Below, piece by piece: positions 30,559 to 39,869 of a stretch of DNA of 64,000 bases. This DNA comes from an uncultured Actinomycetota bacterium (lineage in GTDB: Bacteria > Actinomycetota > Thermoleophilia > Gaiellales > Gaiellaceae), in the NCBI GenBank assembly GCA_963812555.1, contig CAWEVP010000004.1, forward strand, positions 163,736-227,735. The letters run 5' to 3'. Both the position numbers and the translations under genes were made by a program. The notes below the pieces were generated by a model, which was not told where the DNA came from, searched no databases, and worked only from the letters and a program-made list of their open reading frames with translations. Each line of letters opens with the position of its first letter. Positions within the stretch are counted from its first letter, which is position 1.

Positions 30559-31251
30559 GTGATCGAGTCCCGCGACAACGAGACGCTCAAGCTCGTCCGC
30601 AAGCTTCAGGAGCGGCGTTGGCGCGACAAGCTCGGCCTCTTCGTCTGCGAGGGCGAGGATCTCGTCGCTGCGGCCACCGCCGAGCCGGTGGAGCTGCTGA
30701 TCGCCGGCGAGAATGTCGAGCCGAAGCTGCTGGCCCAGGTCTCGAGTGCGGGTCATCCGCCGCGCGTGATCGGCATCTACCGCCGGGCCGATCTGCCCGC
30801 GCCCGCGGCCCGGCCGGTGACGCTCGTGCTGCACCGCGTCTCCGACCCGGGCAATGTCGGCACGCTCATCCGGACCGCAGACGCGTTCGGCGGCGGCATC
30901 GCGCTCACGAAAGGCTGCGCCGACCCGACGGGCCCGAAGGCGCTGCGGGCCTCGGCGGGCGCGATCTGGCGCGTGCCCCTGCATGCTCTCGACTCGGAGC
31001 CCGGCGCCCTCGACCTGCTCGGAGGCGGAGGCGGCCACAAGCTCGTCGCGCTCAGCTCCAGGAGCGGCTTCCCGATCGCCTCGTGCGACCTCGAGGGACC
31101 GGTCGTCTTCCTGCTCGGGGCCGAGCGCGGGGGGCTCCCGGCCGAGCTCGCCCGCGACCTCGACGCGTGGATCCCGATCCGGTCGGAGTCCCTGAACGTC
31201 GCCGCGGCGGGGGCGATCGCACTGTACGAGTGGGGGCGGCAGAATCCCTGA
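30559..31251 (+). CDS. TrmH/SpoU-family RNA 2'-O-methyltransferase
   Basis: VSDPGNVGTLIRTADAFG...LLGAERGGLP...ESLNVAAAGAIALYE SpoU motifs. The position after rplT is typical. Confidence 0.85.
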   Translation: MIESRDNETLKLVRKLQERRWRDKLGLFVCEGEDLVAAATAEPVELLIAGENVEPKLLAQVSSAGHPPRVIGIYRRADLPAPAARPVTLVLHRVSDPGNVGTLIRTADAFGGGIALTKGCADPTGPKALRASAGAIWRVPLHALDSEPGALDLLGGGGGHKLVALSSRSGFPIASCDLEGPVVFLLGAERGGLPAELARDLDAWIPIRSESLNVAAAGAIALYEWGRQNP

Positions 31252-31252
31252 C

Positions 31253-32002
31253 GTGGCTCGCGTCGCGCGCATCAACATCACGCCCGTCAAGGGGCTCGGG
31301 CTCCAACATCCGGAGTCGGCCGAGCTCACGAGGGTGGGCGTGCTCGAGAACCGGCGCTTCTACTTGACCTCGGGGGGCCGGCTCTTCAACGGCAAGGACC
31401 ACGGCCCCCTCGTCCAGATCACGCCGCTGCTCGAAGGTGACCGCCTCCTGCTGCGCTTCCCCGACGGAACCGAGGTTTCCGGTGTGGTGGGACTTGGACG
31501 GGCCGTCGAAACCGACTTCTGGGGCCGAACCGTCAAGGGCCGGGTCGTCGAAGGCCCGTGGACGGAAGCGTTATCCGATTACGTGGGCGCCTCGGTCAGC
31601 CTCGTCGAGACCGATGAGCCCGGAACGGGGATCGACGTTCGCGTCGGCACGCTCGTCACCCGCGCCTCGTGCGACCGGCTCGCAGAGGAGCTCGGCAGCT
31701 TCGTCGACGGGCGGCGCTTCCGGATGCTGCTCGAGGTCGAGGGGGCCTCGGCCCACGAAGAGGACTCGTGGGCGGAGCAGCTCGTGCGGGCAGGCGACGC
31801 GGTGATCCGGATCGGCGGGCCGGTGCCGCGCTGCGCGATCACCACGCAGGATCCCGACACCGGAGTCGTCAGCCTCGACACGCTGCGGGCGATCAAGAGC
31901 TACCGCGGCCTCCGTGACGGCAAGCAGATCGACTTCGGCGTCTACTTCGACGTCGAGGAGCCCGGGCGGGTCTCGGTCGGCGACGCAGTCGAGCGGCTCT
32001 AG
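31253..32002 (+). CDS. MOSC domain-containing protein
   Basis: INITPVKGLG...RRFRMLLEV...GPVPRCAITTQDPDTG, with the conserved MOSC cysteine. Confidence 0.8.
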   Translation: MARVARINITPVKGLGLQHPESAELTRVGVLENRRFYLTSGGRLFNGKDHGPLVQITPLLEGDRLLLRFPDGTEVSGVVGLGRAVETDFWGRTVKGRVVEGPWTEALSDYVGASVSLVETDEPGTGIDVRVGTLVTRASCDRLAEELGSFVDGRRFRMLLEVEGASAHEEDSWAEQLVRAGDAVIRIGGPVPRCAITTQDPDTGVVSLDTLRAIKSYRGLRDGKQIDFGVYFDVEEPGRVSVGDAVERL

Positions 32003-32044
32003 CCTCCCCCGATCCCTCGTGCCTCTCCCGGCTTCCGGCCAAAC

Positions 32045-32208
32045 GGTGTCAGGTCTTGCATTCCGACATCCGCGCTGTGTGATTGCAAGACCTGACCCCA
32101 GGTTTAGGCGCGGGGCCTGCCATTCCGGCCCCTGCGCTCGGTGACCACCAAGGGTGTCAGGTCTTGCATTCCGACACCGAGATATGTGATTGCAAGACCT
32201 GACACCCG
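32045..32208. repeat. two copies of a ~55-nt hairpin element (13-bp stem GTCAGGTCTTGCA / TGCAAGACCTGAC)
   Basis: Copy 1 is at 32045-32100 (stems 32048-60 / 32084-96). Copy 2 is at 32153-32208 (stems 32156-68 / 32191-203). The loops share TTCCGACA...TGTGAT. The elements are noticeably AT-richer than the flanks and lie in a convergent spacer. Confidence 0.85.
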
Positions 32209-32227
32209 GTGTGGGTCGCGGGTGGGG

Positions 32228-32956
32228 CTACCGCTTCCGGTTCACCCAGATCGAGTCCTCGTGGCCGCTCCACGGTGTCTCGTCGAACCAGCCGTACAGG
32301 CCGACGACGTCGAAGCCCTCCTCGTCTAGGAGCTCGCGCCACTCGCCGATCGAGATCCAGGCGAGGCTGAGCTCCGACTCCACTCCGCCGCCGCGCACGC
32401 GCAGGATGAGCGTCCGCCGCCGCTCGTCCCAGTCGGCACGCTCGAAGATGCCGGGCTCCCGCTCGAGCCACCTGGCGTGGGTGGCGGCAATGTCGTCGGG
32501 CCCTGGGGTGAAGACGTCGAAGATGAGGATGCCCCCCGGCTCGAGCAGCCCGTGAACGGCTCTCAGCACCGCCCGGCGGTCCCCGTCGGTCTGCATGTGG
32601 AGAAGCGAGCGGAACGGGATCGTCACGAGCGGTACGGGCCCTTGCACCGGAGGGTCACGCATGTCGCCGTGGCGAAGGTCGAGTGTGACCCCTGCGAGGG
32701 CGGCCCGCTCCCGGGCCACAGCCAGCATCCCCTCCGACAGGTCGACGCCGATCACCTCGATCCCGTCGGCCGCGATCGGGATCGCGAGCCGGCCGGTGCC
32801 GACGCCCAGCTCGACGACGGGGCCACCCGACTTCCTCGCCCGCTCGAGGTAGAACTCGACGTCCTCGACGACGCTCGCAGACCACGGGTCATACAGCTGG
32901 GCGATGCGATCGTACGCAGACACGCCGCTATGCTGCCACTGTGATGACGCCGGCAA
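32228..32956 (-). CDS. class I SAM-dependent methyltransferase
   Basis: VVELGVGTGRLAIPIA (motif I), then LLEPGGILIFDV. 242 aa. Confidence 0.8.
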   Translation of the reverse strand: MPASSQWQHSGVSAYDRIAQLYDPWSASVVEDVEFYLERARKSGGPVVELGVGTGRLAIPIAADGIEVIGVDLSEGMLAVARERAALAGVTLDLRHGDMRDPPVQGPVPLVTIPFRSLLHMQTDGDRRAVLRAVHGLLEPGGILIFDVFTPGPDDIAATHARWLEREPGIFERADWDERRRTLILRVRGGGVESELSLAWISIGEWRELLDEEGFDVVGLYGWFDETPWSGHEDSIWVNRKR

Positions 32957-33006
32957 TGCCGTTCCTGTTTATCGCGCCCCGGTTCGAGACCGGGGCGACG
33001 GCACCC
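32957..33006 (+). other. tRNA acceptor/T-arm-like minihelix in the pheS upstream region
   Basis: TGCCGT...CCCGG-TTCGAGA-CCGGG...ACGGCA-CC. The T-arm (32977-32995) fits the G53-T54-T55-C56-R57-A58...C61 consensus. No D or anticodon arm, so it is not a tRNA gene. Confidence 0.4.
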
Positions 33007-33077
33007 GCCGTCTAGCCTCACGGTTCTCGAGCCGGGGCGTTTCCGACCGCCGACCCCGACAGCAGCATGGAGAGACC

Positions 33078-34079
33078 GTGAGCACACCCGACTGGGACAC
33101 ATATCGCGAGGAAGCCGAGCGCGCCTTCGCCGCGGCCGGCCTCGACGAGATCGCGGACGCCCGCGTCCGCTACCTGGGCCGCAAGAGCCCGCTTGCGCTC
33201 GCGCTGCGCGAGGTCCGCGACCGCGAGACCGGCATGCTCCTGAACGGGATCCGCACGAGCCTCGAAGCCTCCGCCGACGAGCGCGAGCACTCGCTCGCAG
33301 GCGACGAGCTCGACCGCAGGCTCCGCGAAGAGGTGATCGACGTGACGCTCCCCGGCGAGGAGCTGCCGCTCGGGCACCTCCACCCGATCACGCAGGTGCG
33401 GCGGGCGGTCGAGGACGCGTTCCTCGGGCTCGGCTACGAGGTGCGCGACGACCGCGAGGTCGAGACCGTCGAATACAACTTCGACAAGCTCGCGTTCCTG
33501 CCGACGCACTCGGCCCGCTCGCCACGCGACACGTTCTTCTTCGACGACACCCACGTCCTGCGGACGGAGACGAGCCCGTCCCAGATCCACATCCTCGAGG
33601 AGAAGCCGCCGCCGATGTACATGGTCTCGATCGGCCGGGTCTACCGCCGCGACGCGATCACCGCGACGCGCTACCCGATCTTCCACCAGTTCGAGGGGCT
33701 CGCGGTCGACAAGGGCATCACCCTGGCCGACCTCAAGGGCACGCTCCTCCACGTGATGCGGGCGCTCTATGGCCCCGACCGGCGCGTCCGCTTCCGGACC
33801 CACTACTTCCCGTTCACCGAGCCCTCGATCGAGCCGGACGTCTCGTGCGGCATCTGCGGCGGCGAGGGCTGCCGCACCTGCAAGTGGTCGGGCTGGATCG
33901 AGATGGGGGGCGCCGGCATGGTCGACCCGCAGGTGCTCGAAAACGTGGGTCTCGACCCCGCAGAATGGGGCGGGTTCGCGTTCGGCTGCGGCCTCGAGCG
34001 CACCGCCCAGCTCCGCCATTTCATTCCCGACATCCGTGCGCTCTGGGAAGGGGACTTGCGGGTCCTGAGGCAGTTCTGA
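33078..34079 (+). CDS. pheS: phenylalanyl-tRNA synthetase alpha subunit
   Basis: GTG start. HPITQV...FFFDDTHVLRTETSPSQI...GRVYRRDAITATRYPIFHQFEGL...FPFTEPS...GAGMVDP are class II motifs. Confidence 0.93.
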   Translation: MSTPDWDTYREEAERAFAAAGLDEIADARVRYLGRKSPLALALREVRDRETGMLLNGIRTSLEASADEREHSLAGDELDRRLREEVIDVTLPGEELPLGHLHPITQVRRAVEDAFLGLGYEVRDDREVETVEYNFDKLAFLPTHSARSPRDTFFFDDTHVLRTETSPSQIHILEEKPPPMYMVSIGRVYRRDAITATRYPIFHQFEGLAVDKGITLADLKGTLLHVMRALYGPDRRVRFRTHYFPFTEPSIEPDVSCGICGGEGCRTCKWSGWIEMGGAGMVDPQVLENVGLDPAEWGGFAFGCGLERTAQLRHFIPDIRALWEGDLRVLRQF

Positions 34080-34212
34080 GCACGGAGGAACCCAGCATTC
34101 CGCAATGCGCCCCCTTCTCAAGGGCTCCCGCGGAAGAGCCGTTCTTGGTCTCGCGCTCGGCTCGGCTCGGCTCCGGCCGTAGCTGCTTCCGCTCTCGAGG
34201 AGGTTTCGAGGA

Positions 34213-36507
34213 ATGAGAGTCCCCATTTCGTGGCTGCGCGACTACGTCGCGGTCGAGATGCCACTCGACGAGCTCGCGACCCGGCTTTCCATCTCCACGG
34301 CCGAGGTCGAGGGGATCGACACGCTCGGGATCGCCGACGAGGGCGGCAACGCGGGCCTCTTCAAGGTCGGCCGGGTGCTCGAGGCCGAGAAGCACCCGAA
34401 CGCCGACCGGCTCCAGATCACCAAGGTCGACGTGGGCGAGGCCGAGCCGCGCTCGATCGTCTGCGGCGCCTGGAACTTCGGCGCCGGCGCCACGGTCGGT
34501 GTGGCGCTCCCGGGCGCGGTGCTCCCGAACGGGCTCGAGCTGGGCCGCCGTGAGGTGCGCGGCCAGCTCTCGGACGGGATGATCCTCGCCGAGGACGAGA
34601 TCGGCCTGGGCGGCGACCACGCCGGGATCATGCTGCTCGACCCCGCCGAGCCGGGCACGCTGCTAGGCGACGTCCTGCCCCTGGTCGAGCGGGTGCTCGT
34701 GGTCGAGGCGACCGGGAACCGGCCTGACCTCCAGTCGATCTACGGGATCGCTCGCGAGGTGGCGACCCTCTACGACCTCGAGCTCGCGTCTTTGCCCGGC
34801 AGGCCGCCCGTCCCGCCGCCGGAGCGCCCGGTCGAGGTTCGGATCGACGACCAGGAAGGCTGCCCACGCTACGTCGCCCGGCTCTTCGAGGACGTCAAGA
34901 TCGGGCAGTCGCCGCAGCTCGTCCGCTCGCGGCTCTTCGCAGCGGGCCAGCGCCCGATCTCGAACGTCGTCGACATCACGAACTACGTGATGCTTGCGCT
35001 CGGGAACCCGCTCCACGCGTTCGACTTCTCCACGCTCCGCGACGGCCGGATCGTCGTGCGGCGCGCGGCCGGCGGCGAAGAGCTGACGACGCTCGACGGT
35101 GTCGCCCGGCGCCTGACGGCGGAGGATCTCGTGATCGCAGACGCCGAGAGGGCGGTCGCGCTCGCCGGGATCATGGGCGGCGAGGAGACCGAGATCGGAG
35201 AGGAGACCGCGACCGTGCTGCTCGAGGCCGCCAACTTCGAGCCCTTCGGGATCTACCGGACCTCCGAGCGCCAGCGGCTGCGGACGGAGGGCTCGAACCG
35301 CTGGGAGAAAGGCGTCGACCCGCACCTCGCGGGGCCGGCTGCCGACCTCGCGACCGAGCTGATCCTTCGCGATAGCGGAGCCACGTGGACGGCTGCCTCG
35401 GACGTGCAGGCAAGGCTTCCCGAGCGGCCGGTCATCGACTTCCGCCCGGCGCGCGCCGACGCGGTCATCGGTGTCGAGACGCCGCCGGAGCGCCAGTACG
35501 AGATCCTCGAGCGGCTCGGGTTCGAGCAGCAGGGTGAGGAGGTCGTCGGGCCCACCTGGCGGGCACGTGACGTCAAGCGCGAGATCGACGTGATCGAGGA
35601 GATCGCCCGCTTCCGGCTCGAGGACGTTCCGTTCACCCTTCCCGCGCGCCGCGAGATGATCGGGCTCCTGACCTGGGAGCAGCAGCTGCGCCGCCGCGTC
35701 GAGGACGTGCTGGTAGGGCTCGGGTTTGCCGAGATCTACACGCCGAGCCTCGTTTCCGACGACCACACGACCTGGAAGCTCCCGGAGCCGATCTCCGTGG
35801 AGCTGACCGCGCTGAGAACCTCGCTCCTGCCGAGCCTGATCGAGGCGGCGCGCCGCAACATCGATGCCGGCTCGCGGCGAATCGCGCTCTTCGAGATCGC
35901 CCGCGTGTACCTGCCAAACGGGTCGCTACCGAACGAGAGACTCCGCGTCGCCGGGATCGCCCAGGGGGGCTTCGGCCATGCGAAGGGCGTCGTCGAGGTG
36001 CTCTATTCCGCACTCAAGGCCGAGGCCGATTTCTCCCGTGCGCCGCATCCGCTGCTGCATCCCGGCAAGGCCGCGAAGACGAGCGCCGGGACGGTCGGTG
36101 AGCTCCACCCACGCGAGCTCGAGGGCGAGTGGGGGGCATTCGAGCTCGATCTCGACGTCCTCTTCGCGGCTGCGGGCGGGCCAGTCGCCTACCGCGACGT
36201 GATCACCTATCCCGCCGTGCGCCAGGACATCGCGGTCTCGGTCCCGGAGGATGTGCCCGCGGGCGATCTCGTCGCAGCCGCGCGCGACGCGGCCGGCGGC
36301 GAGCTTCGGGAGGTCAGCGTGTTCGACGTGTACCGCGGCGATCAGATCGCCCCCGGGCGCAAGTCGGTTGCGCTCGCCCTCGCCTATCAGTCGGCCGACC
36401 GCACGCTGACCGAAGAGGACGCGAGCCGGCTGCGGAACGCGATCGTGGATACCCTGGTCGAGCGTTTCGGCGCCCAGCTCCGTACCGGCCCGGGCGGCGC
36501 CGACTAG
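34213..36507 (+). CDS. pheT: phenylalanyl-tRNA synthetase beta subunit
   Basis: 764-aa intact ORF. MRVPISWLRDYV start, tRNA-binding domain (KHPNADRLQITKVDVGE), B3/4, B5 and FDX-ACB C-terminus. Confidence 0.93.
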   Translation: MRVPISWLRDYVAVEMPLDELATRLSISTAEVEGIDTLGIADEGGNAGLFKVGRVLEAEKHPNADRLQITKVDVGEAEPRSIVCGAWNFGAGATVGVALPGAVLPNGLELGRREVRGQLSDGMILAEDEIGLGGDHAGIMLLDPAEPGTLLGDVLPLVERVLVVEATGNRPDLQSIYGIAREVATLYDLELASLPGRPPVPPPERPVEVRIDDQEGCPRYVARLFEDVKIGQSPQLVRSRLFAAGQRPISNVVDITNYVMLALGNPLHAFDFSTLRDGRIVVRRAAGGEELTTLDGVARRLTAEDLVIADAERAVALAGIMGGEETEIGEETATVLLEAANFEPFGIYRTSERQRLRTEGSNRWEKGVDPHLAGPAADLATELILRDSGATWTAASDVQARLPERPVIDFRPARADAVIGVETPPERQYEILERLGFEQQGEEVVGPTWRARDVKREIDVIEEIARFRLEDVPFTLPARREMIGLLTWEQQLRRRVEDVLVGLGFAEIYTPSLVSDDHTTWKLPEPISVELTALRTSLLPSLIEAARRNIDAGSRRIALFEIARVYLPNGSLPNERLRVAGIAQGGFGHAKGVVEVLYSALKAEADFSRAPHPLLHPGKAAKTSAGTVGELHPRELEGEWGAFELDLDVLFAAAGGPVAYRDVITYPAVRQDIAVSVPEDVPAGDLVAAARDAAGGELREVSVFDVYRGDQIAPGRKSVALALAYQSADRTLTEEDASRLRNAIVDTLVERFGAQLRTGPGGAD

Positions 36508-36518
36508 GCTTTCCGGCG

Positions 36519-37148
36519 ATGGGCTCTCCGCGGTCGATCACGAGCGAGGCCGAGCTCCGCGCGATCGTGGGGGAGCCCAACGAGGTTGTCGTCTCGAAGA
36601 TCTCCGACCGGCTGAACGACCTTACCCGCCAGTTCATCGAGCGCTCGCCGTTCGTCTGCGTGGCGACGAAGCTGCCGGGCGGAGGCGTCGACGTGTCGCC
36701 CCGCGGTGACCCGCCCTCGTTCGTCCGTATCCTCGACGAGCGCACGCTCCTCATCCCCGACCGCCCCGGCAACAGGATCGCCGACACGCTCACGAATCTG
36801 CTCGGCGACCCGTCGATCGGCCTCCTGTTCCTGATCCCGGGTGTAGGAGACAGCTTCCGCGTCAACGGTCGCGGGGTGATCACCGACGACGCCGAGCTTC
36901 TCGCCCCGAGCGCGGTCGAGGGCGCGGCTCCCCGCCTCGGGATCGTGGTCACGATCGACGAGGCCTACACGCAGTGCTCGAAGGCGCTGATCCGCTCCGA
37001 CCTCTGGAATCCCGAGCGTCACATCGATCGCTCCGAGCTTCCGAGCTCCGGTGAGATCCTGCGCTCGCTGAACGATCCGAGCTTCGACGCCGAGGAGTAC
37101 GACCGGGCCCGCACCGAGCGGTACGCGCGGCGCGAGGGGCTCTACTAG
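36519..37148 (+). CDS. PPOX-class (pyridoxamine 5'-phosphate oxidase-like) flavoprotein
   Basis: FIERSPFVCVAT...VDVSPRGD...LLIPDRPGNRIADTLTNLL...GLLFLIPG...RVNG resembles the MSMEG_1061-type FMN-binding split-barrel family (from memory). Confidence 0.7.
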   Translation: MGSPRSITSEAELRAIVGEPNEVVVSKISDRLNDLTRQFIERSPFVCVATKLPGGGVDVSPRGDPPSFVRILDERTLLIPDRPGNRIADTLTNLLGDPSIGLLFLIPGVGDSFRVNGRGVITDDAELLAPSAVEGAAPRLGIVVTIDEAYTQCSKALIRSDLWNPERHIDRSELPSSGEILRSLNDPSFDAEEYDRARTERYARREGLY

Positions 37149-37151
37149 CTC

Positions 37152-37799
37152 CTAGACGGTTCGCCCGTCCATGAGCCAGACCGGGCCCTGGGTCGCAACC
37201 GGGTTCGTGTCCGAAAGCGCGCGCACGATGTGCACTCGGCCGTGAACGCCGATTCCGTCGCAGCGCTCGAGGCAGCGGCGGACCATGCCGGGCGAGGCGC
37301 CGAACCCGAACCGCCGGGCGCTTCGAAACCGCAGGCGAAGGTCGCCGTCCACCCGTCTCGGGTTGATCGGAGCCAGCTGGATCGCGCCCGGCTCGAGGTA
37401 GTCCGAGGAGTCGAGCTCGATCTCGCCGAGGAGGTCGCTCCAGTCGGCAGGGAGCGTCGCGAGTGCCGCGTCCCAGGACTCCGCCAGCGTCAACTGGGGG
37501 GCGACGGTCCCCGCAGCGACGCGCGAGCCGACCACGCCGGCCGAGATCCGGCCGTGCAGCCGTTCGGCGTCGAGGCGGCCGAGGCCTCGCCGGAGCGCCT
37601 CCGGGCTCGAGCCTTCGCCGGTACGGACGATCCGAAGCGAGATCGTGTCGCTGCCCGTCGTCACGGGCTGGAGCGGCGCCAGCAGCGCCGATGCGCGGCT
37701 CAGCTCCGACGCCTCTTCGAGGACGAGAAGGATGCCGGCGTCCTCCCAATCGGCGCCCAGGGTCGCCTCCAATGCCTGCCAGTCACCGACGAGGGACAT
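37152..37799 (-). CDS. hypothetical protein (215 aa)
   Basis: ORF starting MSLVGDWQALEATLGADWED, divergent from the dehydrogenase operon. No family was recognised. Confidence 0.5.
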   Translation of the reverse strand: MSLVGDWQALEATLGADWEDAGILLVLEEASELSRASALLAPLQPVTTGSDTISLRIVRTGEGSSPEALRRGLGRLDAERLHGRISAGVVGSRVAAGTVAPQLTLAESWDAALATLPADWSDLLGEIELDSSDYLEPGAIQLAPINPRRVDGDLRLRFRSARRFGFGASPGMVRRCLERCDGIGVHGRVHIVRALSDTNPVATQGPVWLMDGRTV

Positions 37800-37824
37800 C
37801 GCACGAGAACGTACACTCAGACTG

Positions 37825-38796
37825 ATGGCGAAGGTCGAGAAGAAGAGGGCTCTGTCGGAAGAGCGCCTCCGTGATTTCCTGCGCGAGATGCTCCTGATCC
37901 GCCGCTTCGAAGAGAAAGTCGAGGAGCGGTTCCGGGCCGGTGTGCTCCCCGGCTTCCTCCATGTCGCGATCGGCCAGGAGGCCGCCGAGGTCGGCGTTTG
38001 CGCCGCGATGGAGGACGGCGACGTCTTCGCCTCCACCCACCGTGCTCACGGGCACACACTCGCGCGCGGAACGACGCCGAACGCGCTCATGGCCGAGCTG
38101 TACGGCAAGCTCGAAGGCTGCTCGCACGGGTACGGCGGCTCGATGCACCTCTACGACCTCGAGCGCGGGAACCTCGGCGCGAACGCGGTCGTCGGCGGCG
38201 GGCTTCCGGCGGTCGTCGGAGCAGGGCTCGCCTTCAAGCTGCGCGACGAGCCCAGGGTCGCAGTCGCCTTCTTCGGCGACGGCGCCACCAACACCGGCAC
38301 CTTCCACGAGTCACTCAACCTGGCGCAGCTCTGGCAGGTGAAGACGCTCTTCGTCTGCGAGAACAACGAATGGGCCGAGTCGACACCCGGCTGGCAGCAC
38401 TCCCCTGTGTGGGACGACATGTCCAAGCGGGCGGTCGCCTACGACATGCACGTCGTGAAGGTGGACGGCCAGGACGTGGAGAAGGTGTACGAGAAGGCCT
38501 CCGAGGCGCTCGAGCGCGTGCGCTCCGGTGCCGGCCCCGTGTTCCTCGACATCGAGACCTACCGCATGCACGGCCACTACATCGGCGATCCCCAGGTCTA
38601 CCGCTCCAAGGAGGATCGCGACGAGGCGGCCGAGCGCGACCCGCTGATCCGGCTCCGCGACAAGCTCTCCGTCTCCTCGGACGACTGGGACGCGCTCGAG
38701 GACGAGGTCCGCGAGATCGTCGAGGCCGCCGTCGAGTTCGCCGAGAACGGCACCGATCCGCAGCCCGAAGACGCACTCAAGAACGTTTATGCCTGA
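37825..38796 (+). CDS. 2-oxoacid (pyruvate/acetoin/branched-chain) dehydrogenase E1 alpha subunit
   Basis: LLIRRFEEKV...YGGSMH...GDGATNTGTFHESLNLA...FVCENNEWA, a ThDP-binding motif. Confidence 0.9.
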   Translation: MAKVEKKRALSEERLRDFLREMLLIRRFEEKVEERFRAGVLPGFLHVAIGQEAAEVGVCAAMEDGDVFASTHRAHGHTLARGTTPNALMAELYGKLEGCSHGYGGSMHLYDLERGNLGANAVVGGGLPAVVGAGLAFKLRDEPRVAVAFFGDGATNTGTFHESLNLAQLWQVKTLFVCENNEWAESTPGWQHSPVWDDMSKRAVAYDMHVVKVDGQDVEKVYEKASEALERVRSGAGPVFLDIETYRMHGHYIGDPQVYRSKEDRDEAAERDPLIRLRDKLSVSSDDWDALEDEVREIVEAAVEFAENGTDPQPEDALKNVYA

Positions 38797-38888
38797 CGTC
38801 CCTGACCGGCAGTCGTTCCGGGGCGCCGGAGCCGCCCTCCGCGCCTGCCTGCTTCCGCAGGAACGCCGGGCGCGGTAGGAGGTCAGAG

Positions 38889-39869
38889 TTGCCGGAGCTC
38901 TCGTACCGTGAAGCTGTCCGTGACGCGCTCGCAACCGCGATGCGCGCCGACGAGGACGTGTTCCTGATGGGCGAGGACATCGCCGAGATGGGCGGGTCGA
39001 TGGGCGTGACGCAGGGCCTCTTCGCCGAGTTCGGCGCCGAGCGCGTCCGCAACACCCCGATCTCGGAGATGGCGATCGTCGGAGCGGGGATCGGCGCGGC
39101 GATGCAGGGGATGCGACCGATCGTCGAGATCATGTACGAGGACTTCCTCACCCTCTCGCTGGAGCAGATCGTCAACCAGGCCGCCAAGCACCGCTACATG
39201 TCGGGCGGTCAGGTGAAGGTGCCGCTGACGATCCGCACGCAGGGCGGCGCCGGCTGGTCGCCGGGAGCGCAGCACGCCCAGCAGCTGGAGGCGTGGCTCG
39301 TCCATGTGCCGGGGCTGAAGGTCGTGTACGCCTCGAGCCCGAACGACGCGCGCGGCCTCCTCTGGTCGTCGATCTACGACGACAACCCGGTGATCTTCTT
39401 CGAGCATCGGCTCCTCTACCCCGTCAAGGAGGAGGCACCGGAGAAGCTCGAGCCGATTCCCCTGGGCAAGGCACGTGTCGTCCGGGAAGGGACCGACGTG
39501 ACCGTGATCGCGACCGGGCCCCTCGTCCACCGCGCCCTCGTCGCCGCCGAGGAGGCCGAGGCCGACGGCATCTCGGTCGAGATCGTCGACCCGCGTACGC
39601 TGCAGCCGCTCGACGAGGAAACGCTTGTAGAGTCGGTCAAGAAGACAAGCCGCGCGGTCGTCGCGCACGAAGCCGTCACGAGGATGGGCTTCGGCGCCGA
39701 GGTCGCCGCCGTGCTGCAGGAAAAGGCGTTCGACTGGCTCGACGCGCCGATCGAGCGCGTCGGCGCCAAGTTCGCCCCGCTCGCATTCGCCCCGACGATG
39801 GAGCAGTTCATCGTCCCGCAACCCGCCGATGTCCTCGCAGCGATCAAGAAGACGGTGGCCCGCAGCTGA
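38889..39869 (+). CDS. 2-oxoacid dehydrogenase E1 beta subunit
   Basis: TTG start with GGAGG 7 nt upstream. LSYREAVRDALATAMRADEDVFLMGEDI...RNTPISEMAIVGAGIGAA are transketolase-like pyrimidine-binding and C-terminal domains. Confidence 0.9.
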   Translation: MPELSYREAVRDALATAMRADEDVFLMGEDIAEMGGSMGVTQGLFAEFGAERVRNTPISEMAIVGAGIGAAMQGMRPIVEIMYEDFLTLSLEQIVNQAAKHRYMSGGQVKVPLTIRTQGGAGWSPGAQHAQQLEAWLVHVPGLKVVYASSPNDARGLLWSSIYDDNPVIFFEHRLLYPVKEEAPEKLEPIPLGKARVVREGTDVTVIATGPLVHRALVAAEEAEADGISVEIVDPRTLQPLDEETLVESVKKTSRAVVAHEAVTRMGFGAEVAAVLQEKAFDWLDAPIERVGAKFAPLAFAPTMEQFIVPQPADVLAAIKKTVARS

